Assembly (NCBI GenBank): GCA_977862235.1
Contig: OZ374562.1
Span: 2,852,001-2,888,170 of the forward strand
From: Dudresnaya verticillata
Taxonomy: Eukaryota
Reading direction: 5' to 3'
Length of the DNA: 36,170 bases
Numbering within the stretch: position 1 is the stretch's first letter; each line of letters begins with the position of its first letter. Positions 33,420-36,170 of this stretch are shown piece by piece. Made by a program: the position numbers and the translations under genes. The notes beneath the pieces are model-generated. The model was not told the DNA's origin, did no database searches, and saw only the letters and a program-made list of their open reading frames with translations.

Positions 33420-34756
33420 CTATATGTAATCCGGGGTTAAGCATGGAGACGAAACGCCCAGATTAATGACAAATCAACATTCCGTTAAGGACCGAGTCGC
33501 GCAATACGAACTACTGTGAGGGGGTATCGCTATAGGCCAGCATTGGCCGATTCGTTTCGACTCCATGCTTAATAACGGCCTTCCTGACCCCGTGAGAGCC
33601 GACTTCATGCTTAACGGCGAATACACACTGTGAACCACGGAGCGCACACGGTGCCGTGCTGCTTTCGGCCAACCAACACAGCAGGCGCAGTGCACGTGTC
33701 GAGCACGCAGTGCTGGTATCGATTTGCGTGCGCGCGCATGCTGCATCCATGCGGTTCAAAATACGAAATACAAAATCGAGAGCGGAAAAAGCGCGCGCGC
33801 TCGCAAATAAACCTGTAAGCCTACCGGAAACAAACTCTGTGGGGAGTGTGTCATTGGGTTGGGCGCACACAATGCAACGGGGCGCATGGCACCGGCCCGC
33901 ATGCACTGTTAGACCGACAACCATACGAAGCATTCAGCACATTCAGTTCCTTACTTGTAGACATGCAATGTGCAACAGCTCCAGGGAAGGAAACAAGTGT
34001 GGTGAATGCTAACTCTACCACCCGCAGGTTTGCAGGCAACCAGGTGTGGCTATACGAGTCAGTAAGGCACCCATTGTCTTGGTATCGAAATACCAGCGAC
34101 AACACTGATGAAGGAAGTCCTTTACTAGCAAAGATCGTGTAGTGAGCGGGAGAATACGTGGACTAATGTCTACGTATTATCCCAATTACTGAACGTGACC
34201 GGATGGAAAGAATGCTCCATACAGCCTGTTTCAACCCTCCCGGCCTCAATTGAAAGTTGGCAATGCAGGCCGGATAGAAACAATGCTCCACAAAGCGCAC
34301 TCGAACGCACTCCAACCCTCTTGGCCTCGATTGAAAGTTTGCAATGCAGGCCGGATGGAAAGCATGCTCCACACAGCCCAATGGGCCTTGCAGCCTAGGG
34401 TGCAAGCTTGCAATCGTGGCCAGGCCCCTTGCGAACTCTATTGAGTGGGAAATGTAAGTCATGACGAAGAGATCGCGAAGTGAGGGGGATAATACGTACA
34501 TCATGCCTCGGATTTTCCCATCCGGCCTCGATTGCAAGTTTGCAACCTAGGCCGGATATGATCTGCTTCTTTAATTGGATCCGAATGGGATCCAAACAGA
34601 AGTAGATCATATCCGAATCGGATCGCTGTGGATTAGGTTAGTGCGCACGGCTGCGCCCGACGGCGACGTTGGCAATCGGATGGGGCAGGAAAGCAGGCCA
34701 GCTCCGGTGTGACTCTGGCGGGGAAGCTGCGGGGAGGTGTTGAACTTTGGGCTAGG
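33420..34756 (+). repeat. Telomere-associated direct repeat, terminal truncated copy
   Basis: Matches 19852-21409. Contains 34-bp palindromes at 34240, 34321, 34390 and 34522, and runs directly into the telomere. Confidence 0.95.
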
Positions 34757-36170
34757 GGTTTTAGGGGTTTAGGGGTTTAGGGGTTTAGGGGTTTAGGGGT
34801 TTTAGGGGTTTTAGGGGTTAGGGGTTTAGGGGTTTAGGGGTTTTAGGGGTTTAGGGGTTTTAGGGGTTTTAGGGGTTTAGGGGTTTAGGGGTTTAGGGGT
34901 TTTAGGGGTTTAGGGCTTTAGGGGTTTAGGGGTTTAGGGGTTTAGGGGTTTTAGGGGTTTAGGGGTTTAGGGGTTTAGGGGTTTTAGGGGTTTAGGGGTT
35001 TAGGGGTTTAGGGGTTTTTAGGGGTTTAGGGGTTTAGGGGTTTAGGGGTTTAGGGGTTTAGGGGTTTAGGGGTTTAGGGGTTTAGGGGTTTAGGGTTTAG
35101 GGGTTTTAGGGGTTTAGGGGTTTAGGGGTTTAGGGGTTTAGGGGTTTAGGGGTTTTAGGGGTTTTAGGGGTTTAGGGGTTTAGGGGTTTAGGGGTTTTAG
35201 GGGTTTAGGGGTTTAGGGGTTTAGGGGTTTAGGGGTTTAGGGGTTTTAGGGGTTTTAGGGGTTTAGGGGTTTAGGGGTTTAGGGGTTTAGGGGTTTAGGG
35301 GTTTTAGGGGTTTAGGGGTTTTAGGGGTTTAGGGTTTTAGGGGTTTTAGGGGTTTAGGGGTTTTAGGGGTTTAGGAGTTTAGGGGTTTAGGGGTTTAGGG
35401 GTTTAGGGGTTTAGGGGTTTAGGGGTTTAGGGGTTTAGGGGTTTTAGGGGTTTTAGGGGTTTAGGGGTTTAGGGGTTTAGGGGTTTAGGGGTTTAGGGGT
35501 TTAGGGGTTTAGGGGTTTAGGGGTTTAGGGGTTTAGGGGTTTAGGGGTTTAGGGGTTTTAGGGGTTTAGGGGTTTAGGGGTTTAGGGGTTTAGGGGTTTA
35601 GGGGTTTAGGGGTTTAGGGGTTTAGGGGTTTAGGGGTTTAGGGGTTTAGGGGTTTAGGGGTTTAGGGGTTTAGGGGTTTAGGGGTTTAGGGGTTTAGGGG
35701 TTTAGGGGTTTAGGGGTTTAGGGGTTTAGGGGTTTAGGGGTTTAGGGGTTTAGGGGTTTAGGGGTTTAGGGGTTTAGGGGTTTAGGGGTTTAGGGGTTTA
35801 GGGGTTTAGGGGTTTAGGGGTTTAGGGGTTTAGGGGTTTAGGGGTTTAGGGGTTTAGGGGTTTAGGGGTTTAGGGGTTTAGGGGTTTAGGGGTTTAGGGG
35901 TTTAGGGGTTTAGGGGTTTAGGGGTTTAGGGGTTTTAGGGGTTTAGGGGTTTAGGGGTTTAGGGGTTTAGGGGTTTAGGGGTTTAGGGGTTTAGGGGTTT
36001 AGGGGTTTAGGGGTTTAGGGGTTTAGGGGTTTAGGGGTTTAGGGGTTTAGGGGTTTAGGGGTTTAGGGGTTTAGGGGTTTAGGGGTTTAGGGGTTTTAGG
36101 GGTTTAGGGGTTTAGGGGTTTAGGGGTTTAGGGGTTTAGGGGTTTTAGGGGTTTAGGGGTTTAGGGGTTT
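34753..36170 (+). repeat. Telomere, (TTTAGGGG)n with TTTTAGGGG and rarer variants
   Basis: About 1.4 kb of G-rich 8-mer array running to the end of the window, G strand 5'->3' outward. Confidence 0.99.

Noticed and set aside
32672..33466. 264-aa + strand ORF
   Set aside because: Composition mirrors the G/T skew, there are no recognisable motifs, and it runs across the repeat boundary; probably spurious.

Overview
Eukaryotic chromosome end. The chromovirus Pol and near-intronless genes suggest a red alga, but this is inference only. Left to right: (1) a 474-aa orphan gene with a segment resembling an aerolysin-type beta-hairpin; (2) an LTR nest of two head-to-head solo LTRs, one interrupted by a complete but disabled 13.1-kb Ty3/gypsy chromovirus (773-bp LTRs, AGTTC TSD, PBS, two PPTs) carrying an extra ~970-codon antisense gene; (3) a ~13.6-kb subtelomeric unit (19852-33419) whose start is repeated at 33420 and cut off by the telomere at a TAGG seed; (4) ~1.4 kb of (TTTAGGGG)n telomere. 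The unit holds a disrupted ~1,890-codon gene that appears to fuse a C2H2 finger, a tyrosine-recombinase-like catalytic domain (R-K-R-GH-x8-Y), a RecQ helicase and a Cys/His-rich tail. It also holds a convergent decayed RecQ paralog, a 51-bp palindromic higher-order tandem array, and about 15 copies of a 34-bp palindrome (consensus CCGGCCTCGATTGCAAGCTTGCAATCGAGGCCGG), some in frame inside the gene. The best candidate for a novel system is a Y'-like telomere-associated element encoding a recombinase-helicase fusion with its putative palindromic target sites. All calls are by eye; no searches were run.
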